Assembly: GCA_016188065.1 (NCBI GenBank)
Contig: JACPIN010000020.1
Location: 764 to 64,763, forward strand
Length of the DNA: 64,000 bases
Direction: 5' to 3'
Source: Candidatus Woesearchaeota archaeon
Lineage (GTDB): Archaea > Nanobdellota > Nanobdellia > SCGC-AAA011-G17 > ARS1403
Part shown: positions 48,572-56,802 of the stretch, in pieces
How positions within the stretch are numbered: the first letter of the stretch is position 1
Layout of the letters: each line of letters starts with the position of its first letter
Made by a program: the position numbers and the translations under genes
Notes under the pieces: generated by a model
Databases searched by the model: none
Told to the model about the DNA's origin: nothing
Seen by the model: the letters and a program-made list of their open reading frames with translations, nothing else

Positions 48572-49978
48572 TTAAATAAACTTTATCTTCCTCATTGCAA
48601 AAAAGCACATCTTTATTAGAAGCCAGCCATGTGCAAATCTCCGGATGTTTGTTTCTCCGTATTTTCTTTCCTGGTATCTTATCGGGATTTCAACAATTTT
48701 CAAATCCATTTTAGAAGCTCCGAATATTAGATCAAAGTCGCCAAAAGGATCAAAGTCGCCAAAATATGACCCGTTTTTCTTTAACATCATGTAATTCTCT
48801 TTTGATATCACCTTGGTTCCACATAGAGTATCTTTCAATCTTTGATCTAGAAGCCAAGAAAACATTAAACTGAACATTTTATTGCCAAACAAGTTTAAGG
48901 TGCGCATTGCTTCTTCTTCCATCGGATAGACTAACCGAGAGCCATTGATGAATTCTCCTTTGTTTGATGCTATTGCTCTGTAGAACTTTTCCATGTCTTT
49001 TGCAGGGACTGTCATGTCTGCATCATAAATCATTAGGATCTCTCCTGATGCTAATTCAAAGCCTTTTCTTACTGCATCTCCTTTTCCTCTCCTCTCCTGT
49101 TGCGACTGGAGAATGTTTTTGTTTCTATACTTTTCAGCTATCCTTTTTATTTCTTCCCATGTTCCATCGCTAGAACCCCCTTCAATGAATATTATTTCTG
49201 TTTCTTCCCCGAGATCAGGAAGCTGCTGAACAATTTTTTCAATGTTGCCTTTTTCATTCCTTGCTGGGACAATGATAGAAACTGTTTTTTCTTTTTTCGG
49301 CTCTATATTTATCGGCCTTGCTATAATATATTGAGATAGGCATAATTTTCTTATTAACGGCAATGGCGCTAAATATCTATTGCAGAAATTTGAGATTAAC
49401 GGGATGAATTTAGGAATTAAAATTATCTCGCCTGTTTTAATCACTTCAAATTGTTCTAAGTTTAGCAGCCCTTCAATGTCTTTTTTTGAAAGCCAGTTTG
49501 TAAAAGGCTCTTTTGCCTTAAGCCCTAGAAACTCAGCTAATTTAAGTACAGGCTCCCATAACTTATTGTAGTAATTAATGATGACTCTTGTTTTGTTTGT
49601 GCAGTTCTGCCTTATATTTTTTAATATTGCTTGAACATCTTCAAAATAACCAATAGAATCTGAGATGATGATGTGATCAAACTTTTCATTGAGCTTGTAA
49701 TCTGATGCATTCCCGACGATGAAATTAAGATTTATGTATTTTTTAGATCCTAAACTTATCATTTCCTTGCTGAAATCAATTCCAAAACCTTTTTTTGGCT
49801 TTAACGAGTTCAAAATAAAACCAATTCCACAACCTATTTCTAAAACATTTTTTTCTTCTGGTATGTGAAATTTTAAAAAGTTTATAAGAAGCTTATTGTA
49901 GTATTTGTTTTTTTTTATCCATATATCTCTATCACTAGCACTTTTGTCAAAATATCCTATAAGTCTGTCTTGCTTCAT
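48572..49978 (-). CDS. fusion of class I SAM methyltransferase (N-terminal) and GT2 glycosyltransferase (C-terminal)
   Basis: N-terminal VLEIGCGIGFILNSL. C-terminal VSIIVPARNEKGNIEKIV...YDADMTVP, a DPM1-like GT2. Confidence 0.65.
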   Translation of the reverse strand: MKQDRLIGYFDKSASDRDIWIKKNKYYNKLLINFLKFHIPEEKNVLEIGCGIGFILNSLKPKKGFGIDFSKEMISLGSKKYINLNFIVGNASDYKLNEKFDHIIISDSIGYFEDVQAILKNIRQNCTNKTRVIINYYNKLWEPVLKLAEFLGLKAKEPFTNWLSKKDIEGLLNLEQFEVIKTGEIILIPKFIPLISNFCNRYLAPLPLIRKLCLSQYIIARPINIEPKKEKTVSIIVPARNEKGNIEKIVQQLPDLGEETEIIFIEGGSSDGTWEEIKRIAEKYRNKNILQSQQERRGKGDAVRKGFELASGEILMIYDADMTVPAKDMEKFYRAIASNKGEFINGSRLVYPMEEEAMRTLNLFGNKMFSLMFSWLLDQRLKDTLCGTKVISKENYMMLKKNGSYFGDFDPFGDFDLIFGASKMDLKIVEIPIRYQERKYGETNIRRFAHGWLLIKMCFFAMRKIKFI

Positions 49979-50031
49979 CTATAAATAATAAAATCAAGAA
50001 ATCAATTTTTTAAACATATCTAAAATCTAAT

Positions 50032-50117
50032 AGCCATCGGAGGGATTTGAACCCCCAACCTATTGCTTACAAGGCAACTGAGCTTTTTTAATTGCTCTAC
50101 CATTGAGCTACGATGGC
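50032..50117 (-). tRNA. tRNA-Thr (anticodon UGU) with a ~14-nt non-canonical intron
   Basis: Acceptor GCCATCG/CGATGGC, D-arm GCTC-AATGGTA-GAGC, anticodon arm GTTGC-CTTGTAA-GCAAT, T-arm GGGGG-TTCAAAT-CCCTC. The extra ATTAAAAAAGCTCA sits between the D-arm and the anticodon stem. Confidence 0.6.
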
Positions 50118-50151
50118 TTTGAGAAGATTTAGAAAAAGTTTATTTATTAAA

Positions 50152-50715
50152 TTATTGCTTTTCAAAAATTCTTATCTGGCAGCCTGTAACTGGGTAGATT
50201 TTTTTTAGATGCTCGCGCAACTGCACCTGAAGCTTTGCTTCTAATAATGCATGGATGTTTTCCTGATAGCTCTGCTTTTTGACTGCTGCCCTCAAAAATT
50301 CTTCTGAGTTTTTTCTGATTTTTGACAGAACACCCTTTGTTGTTTTTGATTTTGTAATTAGGACCGGCTTTGCAACCACTGCAATATTGTCTTTTGTCTC
50401 CAGCTTGAAGCTTTGGTCTACCTTGCTTTTGCCAGGGTGCATCATTCGTTTAATAGAACTTGGCATTATCTGATAACCCTTTATTTCTGTCAATGCTTTA
50501 TTATCCTTAATCTCAGTTATCCTGAAGGTTATCTTGACATTCTGCTTTTTAGGATCGTGCAGTAAATCCATTCCAGTCATAGTAACTGTCTTTCCTACTA
50601 GCTTAGAAGGGTCCGAGGTTAGTGTTTCTCCAATCTCCGGGATCCTGAAGCCAGGTGTTGGCAGTATAGAATACCAGTGCTTTTTCTTTACCTTTATTTC
50701 CTGCTTTGCCATCAT
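50152..50715 (-). CDS. rps3ae: 30S ribosomal protein S3Ae (eS1)
   Basis: KKKHWYSILPTPGF N-terminal signature and a length typical of archaeal S3Ae. Confidence 0.8.
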   Translation of the reverse strand: MMAKQEIKVKKKHWYSILPTPGFRIPEIGETLTSDPSKLVGKTVTMTGMDLLHDPKKQNVKITFRITEIKDNKALTEIKGYQIMPSSIKRMMHPGKSKVDQSFKLETKDNIAVVAKPVLITKSKTTKGVLSKIRKNSEEFLRAAVKKQSYQENIHALLEAKLQVQLREHLKKIYPVTGCQIRIFEKQ

Positions 50716-50862
50716 TAGATTTCCATAAAGTTCGTTTATAAAATTATTGTTTTCAGAGTGTTAAGTTTCCGAGTGGTTGATTAGCTGTTATGTATCGGGT
50801 GACGGAGAGGATGTCGCATTATCAGGAGATAATTTTAATGTCTTATGGAAGGGCTTAAAGAT

Positions 50863-51924
50863 TCATACTTCCCCCCTTTTCTCTAAATAAAATTGTAAGT
50901 ATTCCAAAAATTCTCTTGAATTTGCAAAATAATTTAGATATGCTTTTTTTAGTTCTTCAACAGAATCTGCTCCAACAAGAACTACATCCTTATCCTTACT
51001 ATCGCTTTGTAATTTTTCTGCTTCTAAATAATGTTCTGTTGCGATCGTTTCTCCTTCTTCGGGATAACCTCTGATACTTAGATTTGGTTTTGTCTCATCG
51101 GATACATCCAATTCTAATAAAAAGAATTTCCATTCTTTAAGTTTTGGTTCTATAACTTTCAATGCTTGCGTCCAACTTCTCATTTTTGAAAATATTTTCA
51201 ATTTGTCCACTTTTTCTTTTATAGCACTGAATAGATTAGCATTATTTGTGGGGGTGTTTTCTACTTCTTTTTGTTTTTCAATTTTTGCAAAGGCAGAACT
51301 TAATAATCTAAAAAATTCTTTCCATTCTTCATCGCCCTCATTTGATTTAATTGCTTGTTTTGTAAACAAATCCACTATCTCTATTGCTGTTGCCCACGCA
51401 TGCTGAATTTTGCTTCTGACTTGTATCTCAATAAGCAATCCATCGTAAGTGTTTATTTTATCGCTTTTGTATCTGTAAATTAAATGCATACTTCTATATC
51501 CATCTTTTTTAGGATTTTTTATATAGTCTTTTTCTCTAATTTTTTTATGCTTAAGCCCTCTACTTTTTCTATAAATTCCCACTAATTCATTAACTTTATC
51601 CACATCAGAAAGAACAGCTCTACAACCCGCAATATCTTGCATTTGAGATAAACTCATGGTTTTTGTCTGGTCTCTTTTTAATTTTTTAATAATTGAAGGG
51701 GCTCTTTTCAACCTTTGTACAACTAAGTAGTTTTCATCTACCTTTTTTGATACTTGCCTTAATCTTGCTTGAAAAGTATTCATGGGGTAACCATGAGATG
51801 AACGCCAATTGTTCAAAATTGACATTGCTTCTTCTTTTTCTTCTTCTGTAGAATCTTCACTAACAAGAATATGTCCTGCTCTGTCTATTTTTGCTTTTCC
51901 GTATTTTGGCTTAGTCCATGCCAT
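50863..51924 (-). CDS. RelA/SpoT-domain nucleotidyltransferase (small alarmone synthetase-like)
   Basis: DIAGCRAV, GYRSMHLIYR and EIQVRSKIQHAWA match the RelA/SpoT synthetase motifs (GYRSLH...EIQIRT..Q..WA). An extra C-terminal domain of about 150 aa follows. Confidence 0.7.
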   Translation of the reverse strand: MAWTKPKYGKAKIDRAGHILVSEDSTEEEKEEAMSILNNWRSSHGYPMNTFQARLRQVSKKVDENYLVVQRLKRAPSIIKKLKRDQTKTMSLSQMQDIAGCRAVLSDVDKVNELVGIYRKSRGLKHKKIREKDYIKNPKKDGYRSMHLIYRYKSDKINTYDGLLIEIQVRSKIQHAWATAIEIVDLFTKQAIKSNEGDEEWKEFFRLLSSAFAKIEKQKEVENTPTNNANLFSAIKEKVDKLKIFSKMRSWTQALKVIEPKLKEWKFFLLELDVSDETKPNLSIRGYPEEGETIATEHYLEAEKLQSDSKDKDVVLVGADSVEELKKAYLNYFANSREFLEYLQFYLEKRGEV

Positions 51925-51947
51925 GCGATTATTAATTACTTAATTAC

Positions 51948-52045
51948 GCATGCTTTATATATCTTTGCATGCTTAAAAATTAACGCATGCAAAGGTTTAA
52001 ATATAGGGTTACATCATTATTGCATGCGTATTTTTATTTGCATGC
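51948..52045. promoter_or_regulatory. array of five GCATGC palindromes at ~18-19-bp phasing in a divergent intergenic region
   Basis: GCATGC occurs at 51948, 51967, 51985, 52022 and 52040. The last lies within the 10-bp palindrome TTGCATGCAA. The array sits between the RelA/SpoT gene and ORF 52052. Confidence 0.5.
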
Positions 52046-52051
52046 AATAAA

Positions 52052-52285
52052 ATGGAAAACACACAACAATATATAAAAAGTTTCTCCTCATGGAGAGAAG
52101 AAAGAGCAAAGGCAATTTTAGAGAAAGGTAACCCTCAAATTTTAGATGAATTTACCTATTTTGTGCCTTCTCAATCATCAGATAAAAAATACAAAGTAAC
52201 CCACATTGACGCTTATAGCTGTAATGTGCAGACTTTCAAAACAGATGTAAAGGCAAAAGGTTATACTGCAAACACCAGCAGATAA
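52052..52285 (+). CDS. small hypothetical protein (77 aa) divergent from the RelA/SpoT gene
   Basis: ORF only, no recognisable domain. Its start lies 7 nt after the last GCATGC site. Confidence 0.3.
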   Translation: MENTQQYIKSFSSWREERAKAILEKGNPQILDEFTYFVPSQSSDKKYKVTHIDAYSCNVQTFKTDVKAKGYTANTSR

Positions 52286-52400
52286 ATGTGGTATTGGAGT
52301 TCAAGGTAACACATGGGAAACAATACTATTAAACTCAATTAAATACAAAAACACTTACGCCTTAACAGCAGAGGAGAAAATGCCAATAACACCCTTATTC

Positions 52401-53768
52401 CTAACACTCTCTTGTTTTCACTCTCACTGCTCTTGCAAGCCCTATGAACTCAGATTCTTTTTCCCGATGGATTAAAGCGCCAGCTGCGTTCCTATGGCCG
52501 CCTGCCTGAAACCCTAGCTTGGAGGTTATTGAATCCAGGATTTCCTTTAAATTGAGATTATTATTTTTGTGGCCTGAGCAGCGCATGGATATTTTTGTGC
52601 TTTCCTCTGCGGTATGCGCCATGGAGATTATTATTGTATTTTCTGGATAGAGATTAGACTTGGCTATCATTGAAGTTAATGTCCCTATGATCGTATCCCT
52701 TACATGATTTTCAGCGTTAATAATAACAAGATTTCCCACTTCAATTATTTTTTCTTTATTATTGTAAAACCAGTTCAATGACGAGATTAATTCCTTTTTG
52801 TAGTCGTTCAGTGTGCTGATTGCTGCTTCCTTCAGATTTTTATCCCCTATGCATGCAGCGATTCCTAAAGAATATCTATTCAACCTGCCGCAGGAATTCA
52901 GCAAAGTTGCAAACTCTCTCAGATCTTTTAGAGGAGACTCTTCCTGCTCTGTTTTCAATAAGTAAATTGGGCCGAGCACATCTTCAGGATTTTCCTCTGA
53001 CCCTAACCTCTGCAGGATTATTGATGTAACTAGATTCTTCATCTCTTCCTTGCTTAGATGAATTAATTTTTTTTCAGGATTGATGCCCAATTCATTGAGA
53101 AATTCTTTTGATGCCTGCTCGCTTCCGGTTATTCCAGGAATATAAGGATCTGTTGAATACTGCAGCAGCTTGCATAAATGCTTTGTCTGCGCTCCGAACA
53201 TCCTCAAACCTGTTGTTATCTCCAGATATGGCTTTGCATCTTCCAGAATTATTTTGTTTATTGACGTAAATCCCCCATTATCCTGGTTGTCACCTATTGC
53301 GCCTACTAGAGCTAATGTTGATAGATCTTTATTTTTCTCGTCTAAAGATTTTGCAAATAGATATGCAAGGCCTGCTCCAGAAACATCCTTGTTCCCGTCT
53401 AAGCCAAAAAGCATCGGGTTTAAATGAATGAAATTATTTTCAAAATGCTCTGGCTGATGATGATCAAGAATAATTATTTTTTTTGCATTGATTGCTTCTT
53501 TTATTTCTGCCAGATTTCCTGAGCCCAAATCGACGAATAAAAAAGTTTCATAAGATTCTGACTTGAATTGCGATAGAGTGTTGATAGAAATCTGCTTGAC
53601 AATTGTTAAAGCAAACTTCTTGTTCAGCCTCTTCAATGCTTTTGTAATTATCGCAGCTGAAGAAATTCCGTCTGCATCTAAATGTGAAATTACTCTTACT
53701 GTGCCGTTGCCGTTCCTTAAGTTTTCAGCTTCCTGCTTTACTTTTTCAAGAAATGATTGCATCATCAT
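52401..53768 (-). CDS. DHH/DHHA1 phosphoesterase (archaeal RecJ/GAN-like or nanoRNase)
   Basis: ISHLDADGISS (DxD), IILDHHQPE (DHH) and GFQAGGHRNAAG (the GGGH motif of DHHA1). Confidence 0.65.
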   Translation of the reverse strand: MMMQSFLEKVKQEAENLRNGNGTVRVISHLDADGISSAAIITKALKRLNKKFALTIVKQISINTLSQFKSESYETFLFVDLGSGNLAEIKEAINAKKIIILDHHQPEHFENNFIHLNPMLFGLDGNKDVSGAGLAYLFAKSLDEKNKDLSTLALVGAIGDNQDNGGFTSINKIILEDAKPYLEITTGLRMFGAQTKHLCKLLQYSTDPYIPGITGSEQASKEFLNELGINPEKKLIHLSKEEMKNLVTSIILQRLGSEENPEDVLGPIYLLKTEQEESPLKDLREFATLLNSCGRLNRYSLGIAACIGDKNLKEAAISTLNDYKKELISSLNWFYNNKEKIIEVGNLVIINAENHVRDTIIGTLTSMIAKSNLYPENTIIISMAHTAEESTKISMRCSGHKNNNLNLKEILDSITSKLGFQAGGHRNAAGALIHREKESEFIGLARAVRVKTREC

Positions 53769-54220
53769 TCAATTAAAAGGGATGCATGCTCTCTTGAGAA
53801 TCTCCAGTCTTGAGGGAGCTTGTCATTTGCCTTGTAATATTTGGCCAGCCTCTTTATCTTTGATTCTGTCAGCTGCAAACCCCTGACTGACGGCTGGTCT
53901 TTCCTGTTTGCCTGCAGATGCTTCGTTATGTTTATATATTTTCTAATTAAATTCAGCATATCTTCAGGGAGCTTTGGAAGCAGCTTTTCCTCTGCCAGAA
54001 TCTGGGTTATTGATTTCCCAGTTAATTGGCTAACGCTAGGTATTCCGTATGAGTCTCTTAAGATTATGCCTATCTGAGAATGAGATTTCTGAGCCTTTGC
54101 CAGCTTAGATATTAATTGTGTTAGCTCATTCTTGTCATACCTCTGCCAGGTAATTTTCTTTGCGCTTAGTGGCTTTTTACTGCCAGACTTTCCTTTCTTA
54201 CCTGAGTGCATTCTTGCCAT
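53765..54220 (-). CDS. rps15: 30S ribosomal protein S15 (uS15, S13e-type)
   Basis: MARMHSGKKGKSGSKKP is the archaeal S15 N-terminus. The ORF-track start at 54280 is an upstream extension, so Met at 54220 is preferred. Confidence 0.8.
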   Translation of the reverse strand: MARMHSGKKGKSGSKKPLSAKKITWQRYDKNELTQLISKLAKAQKSHSQIGIILRDSYGIPSVSQLTGKSITQILAEEKLLPKLPEDMLNLIRKYINITKHLQANRKDQPSVRGLQLTESKIKRLAKYYKANDKLPQDWRFSREHASLLIE

Positions 54221-54305
54221 TTTAATATTGAGTGAACAGCTTGAAACTAGAAAAAATTTCCAGCATAGGCAAGCTTTCACTGACCTATCTTGAAAAGAAT
54301 TGCAA

Positions 54306-54584
54306 TTATTCAGCTTTATAAACCTTATCGTTTTTTCTTGCCTTGTCTTTTACTTTAATGCCGACTGAATCCCCTTTCTTTGCGACTGCAACTTTTTTAT
54401 GCTCTATCTGCATTGAGTCAACTTTTTGCGTAAAGTCTGTTGTAGCGCCTTTTACATGTACCTTATCTCCGACTTTCAATGGGGCTGAGAGCTGAATTGC
54501 AATCACACCTACATGGCTATAAAACCCCATTACCTCCCCAATAAGAATCTCTTTAGATTTTTCTTTAGACATATCTTTTGGCAT
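54306..54584 (-). CDS. small conserved beta-barrel protein (EF-Tu domain-2-like)
   Basis: 92 aa. The GEVMGFYSHVGVIAIQL...GDKVHVKG pattern resembles translation-factor beta-barrel domains. Weak call. Confidence 0.3.
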   Translation of the reverse strand: MPKDMSKEKSKEILIGEVMGFYSHVGVIAIQLSAPLKVGDKVHVKGATTDFTQKVDSMQIEHKKVAVAKKGDSVGIKVKDKARKNDKVYKAE

Positions 54585-54624
54585 AGTAAACTATAATACA
54601 ATTAAATATTTAAATATTATTGTT

Positions 54625-55368
54625 TTAAAATTTTGAATAATAATCAGCCCATGTCCATCCTTTCTGCTTTATCAGGTGCTTGCAAATCATTGATGTATCT
54701 GCGTAAATTGGAATCTTCAACTCTGTTAGATCCTTGCAGAAAAACGCATCATCGAAAACAAAGTAGTTTTTTTCTTTTTTATCATACTCTTTTGAATAAT
54801 GAAAACTAATTTTTTTTAAAACCGAATTATGTATGAATAAACATCCTGAGCCGCATGAAGCTATCTGCATTAATTCTCCTGTTAATTCTCCCTCTTCCAA
54901 CTGCTGGATTACCTCTTTTTTATTTGTGAATTTCCAAATTGTTGGAAATATTCTTCCAAATCTTATTCCTTCTCTTGAACCCAATTTCTTCGGTGTAAAA
55001 TTTTTATAATTGAAATATATTCCAGTGATTACTCTTTTTTTATGCTGTAAAAACCGCCCTATAATCTCTTTTGGTGGAATAACATCCTGATCAATATTGA
55101 GGAAAAAATCATAATTATCTTCGAGAACTTTCTGCCTGAGAATATTTCTTGAATGCACCATCCTATCCCTTGGCTCTTCAAAGTATTTTCCCCTAATTAC
55201 ATTTACTTTCATTGATTTTAATTTTTTATAGAAGCTATCTGTTTTTGAATTGTCAATAAGCAAGACATCATAATTTCCATAGGTTAGACTTTTAACGGCT
55301 TCTACATATTCTTTAATGCAGTAATCATACATTTCATTTACAGGGCTGCCGACGAGGATTTTTTTCAT
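54625..55368 (-). CDS. small GT-A fold glycosyltransferase, paralog 4
   Basis: VGSPVNEMYDY, LLIDNSKTD, SRNILRQKVLEDNYDFFLNIDQDVIPP. Confidence 0.55.
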   Translation of the reverse strand: MKKILVGSPVNEMYDYCIKEYVEAVKSLTYGNYDVLLIDNSKTDSFYKKLKSMKVNVIRGKYFEEPRDRMVHSRNILRQKVLEDNYDFFLNIDQDVIPPKEIIGRFLQHKKRVITGIYFNYKNFTPKKLGSREGIRFGRIFPTIWKFTNKKEVIQQLEEGELTGELMQIASCGSGCLFIHNSVLKKISFHYSKEYDKKEKNYFVFDDAFFCKDLTELKIPIYADTSMICKHLIKQKGWTWADYYSKF

Positions 55369-55369
55369 T

Positions 55370-56056
55370 TTATTTAAGATTGCTCCAACTCCAAGGCCTG
55401 TTTTTGATTAAATGCCTGCAGATCATATTTGTGTCTGCATAGATTTCTATTTTGTTATCTCTGCAGTCAAGCCCAAAAAAAATATCGTCGAACGCCGGGT
55501 ATTGCTTTTCATATCTGAATTTTATTTTCTCCAAAACTGATCTGTGCATTAATATGCAGCCAACTCCGGACATCGCAATCTTTATCAATCCTCTATTCAA
55601 CTCGGACGGCTTGAGAAAATACCTTTCCTCTTTTTCTAGATTTACTTTAGACCAGACTACCGGAGCTAGCTCAACACCTTTTTTTGTGTTTATGTAATTA
55701 AAATATACTCCTGTGACTACTCTTTTTTTATGCTGGAGAAGCCTTTCTATAACATCTTTTGGAGGGATAACATCCTGCTCTAAACTTAAAAAATAATCAT
55801 AATTGCCGTCGAGGACTTTCTGCCTGAGGATGTTTCTTGAAGTTATTATTCTTTCCCTGGCTGATTCAAAGTAAGGCCCTTTTACCGTCGGTAAATTTAA
55901 CGAATTTAGTTTTTTAAAATAAGAATCCTCTTTAGAGTTGTCGACCAGCATAATGTCATAGTTTTTGTAAGATAAGGACTTAACGGCTTCTGCATACTCT
56001 TTTAATGCATATTCGTGGTAGTCTGAAGTCGGGCAGCCTACTAAGATCTTTTTCAT
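55370..56056 (-). CDS. small GT-A fold glycosyltransferase, paralog 5
   Basis: VGCPTSDYHEY, MLVDNSKED, SRNILRQKVLDGNYDYFLSLEQDVIPP. Internal Met 56056 preferred over the ORF-track start at 56074. Confidence 0.55.
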   Translation of the reverse strand: MKKILVGCPTSDYHEYALKEYAEAVKSLSYKNYDIMLVDNSKEDSYFKKLNSLNLPTVKGPYFESARERIITSRNILRQKVLDGNYDYFLSLEQDVIPPKDVIERLLQHKKRVVTGVYFNYINTKKGVELAPVVWSKVNLEKEERYFLKPSELNRGLIKIAMSGVGCILMHRSVLEKIKFRYEKQYPAFDDIFFGLDCRDNKIEIYADTNMICRHLIKNRPWSWSNLK

Positions 56057-56751
56057 TTTTTTATCTTGCTCCATGGATAAGGCCTGTTATAAATTAAGTG
56101 TTTGCATTTTATTGACGTATCTGCATACACTGGAATATTCTTGTTGTATAGATCTAGGAAAAACCATCTATCGTCGAAAGAATTTAAATCGTATCTGAAT
56201 TGAACTTCTTTTAAAACATCTCTGTGGATTAAAACACATCCTAACCCTGCTGAAATAATTTTCATTAGCCCTTGATTTTTCCAAAGCTCATCTTCATTTA
56301 ATGGGCGCATTGAAAGCGTTTTTTCATCCTCTAAAACATAAGCCAATGGAATCAATTTCGATAATGTTTCTCCTGGAATCATATTGTTGGCAAAATAAAC
56401 GGCTGTAATAACTTTTTTGTTGTGCTTGATTAATCTTTCTAAGATATCTTTTGGCGGGATAACATCCTGCTCCAGAGAGAAGAGATAATCATAATTGCCG
56501 TCGAGGACTTTCTGCCTGAGAATATTTCTTGAAGTTATTATCCTTTCCCTGGCTGATTCAGACCAAGCGCCTTTTATTACTGAGAGACCTGCCTCTTTTA
56601 TTTTATCTGAATAAGTATCGTCTCGAGAATTATCAACAAGCAGAATATCATGATTTTTATAAACAATCTTCTTAAGTGACTCTGTATACTGCTGCAGGGC
56701 GTATTCTTTATGAAAACTTGTTGGGCATCCTACCAGTACCTTTGGCTGCAT
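56053..56751 (-). CDS. small GT-A fold glycosyltransferase, paralog 6
   Basis: VGCPTSFHKEY, LLVDNSRDD, SRNILRQKVLDGNYDYLFSLEQDVIPP. Shares ~90-bp tracts of about 95% nucleotide identity with paralog 5. Confidence 0.55.
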   Translation of the reverse strand: MQPKVLVGCPTSFHKEYALQQYTESLKKIVYKNHDILLVDNSRDDTYSDKIKEAGLSVIKGAWSESARERIITSRNILRQKVLDGNYDYLFSLEQDVIPPKDILERLIKHNKKVITAVYFANNMIPGETLSKLIPLAYVLEDEKTLSMRPLNEDELWKNQGLMKIISAGLGCVLIHRDVLKEVQFRYDLNSFDDRWFFLDLYNKNIPVYADTSIKCKHLIYNRPYPWSKIKK

Positions 56752-56802
56752 ATCGCTTATATACTGAAAAGGCTTAAAAACATAATTGAATTTAATTTTT
56801 AC

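Noticed and set aside
50716-50862. 147-bp intergenic region upstream of rps3ae as a possible C/D-box sRNA or other ncRNA
   Set aside because: No convincing RUGAUGA/CUGA box pairs or stable conserved structure could be identified by eye. More likely just the promoter and leader of the ribosomal protein gene.
51948-52045. GCATGC repeats as mere restriction-site chance occurrences
   Set aside because: Five copies in about 100 bp of an AT-rich genome with regular 18-19-bp phasing, one within a perfect 10-bp palindrome, is far beyond chance. Kept as a regulatory finding instead.
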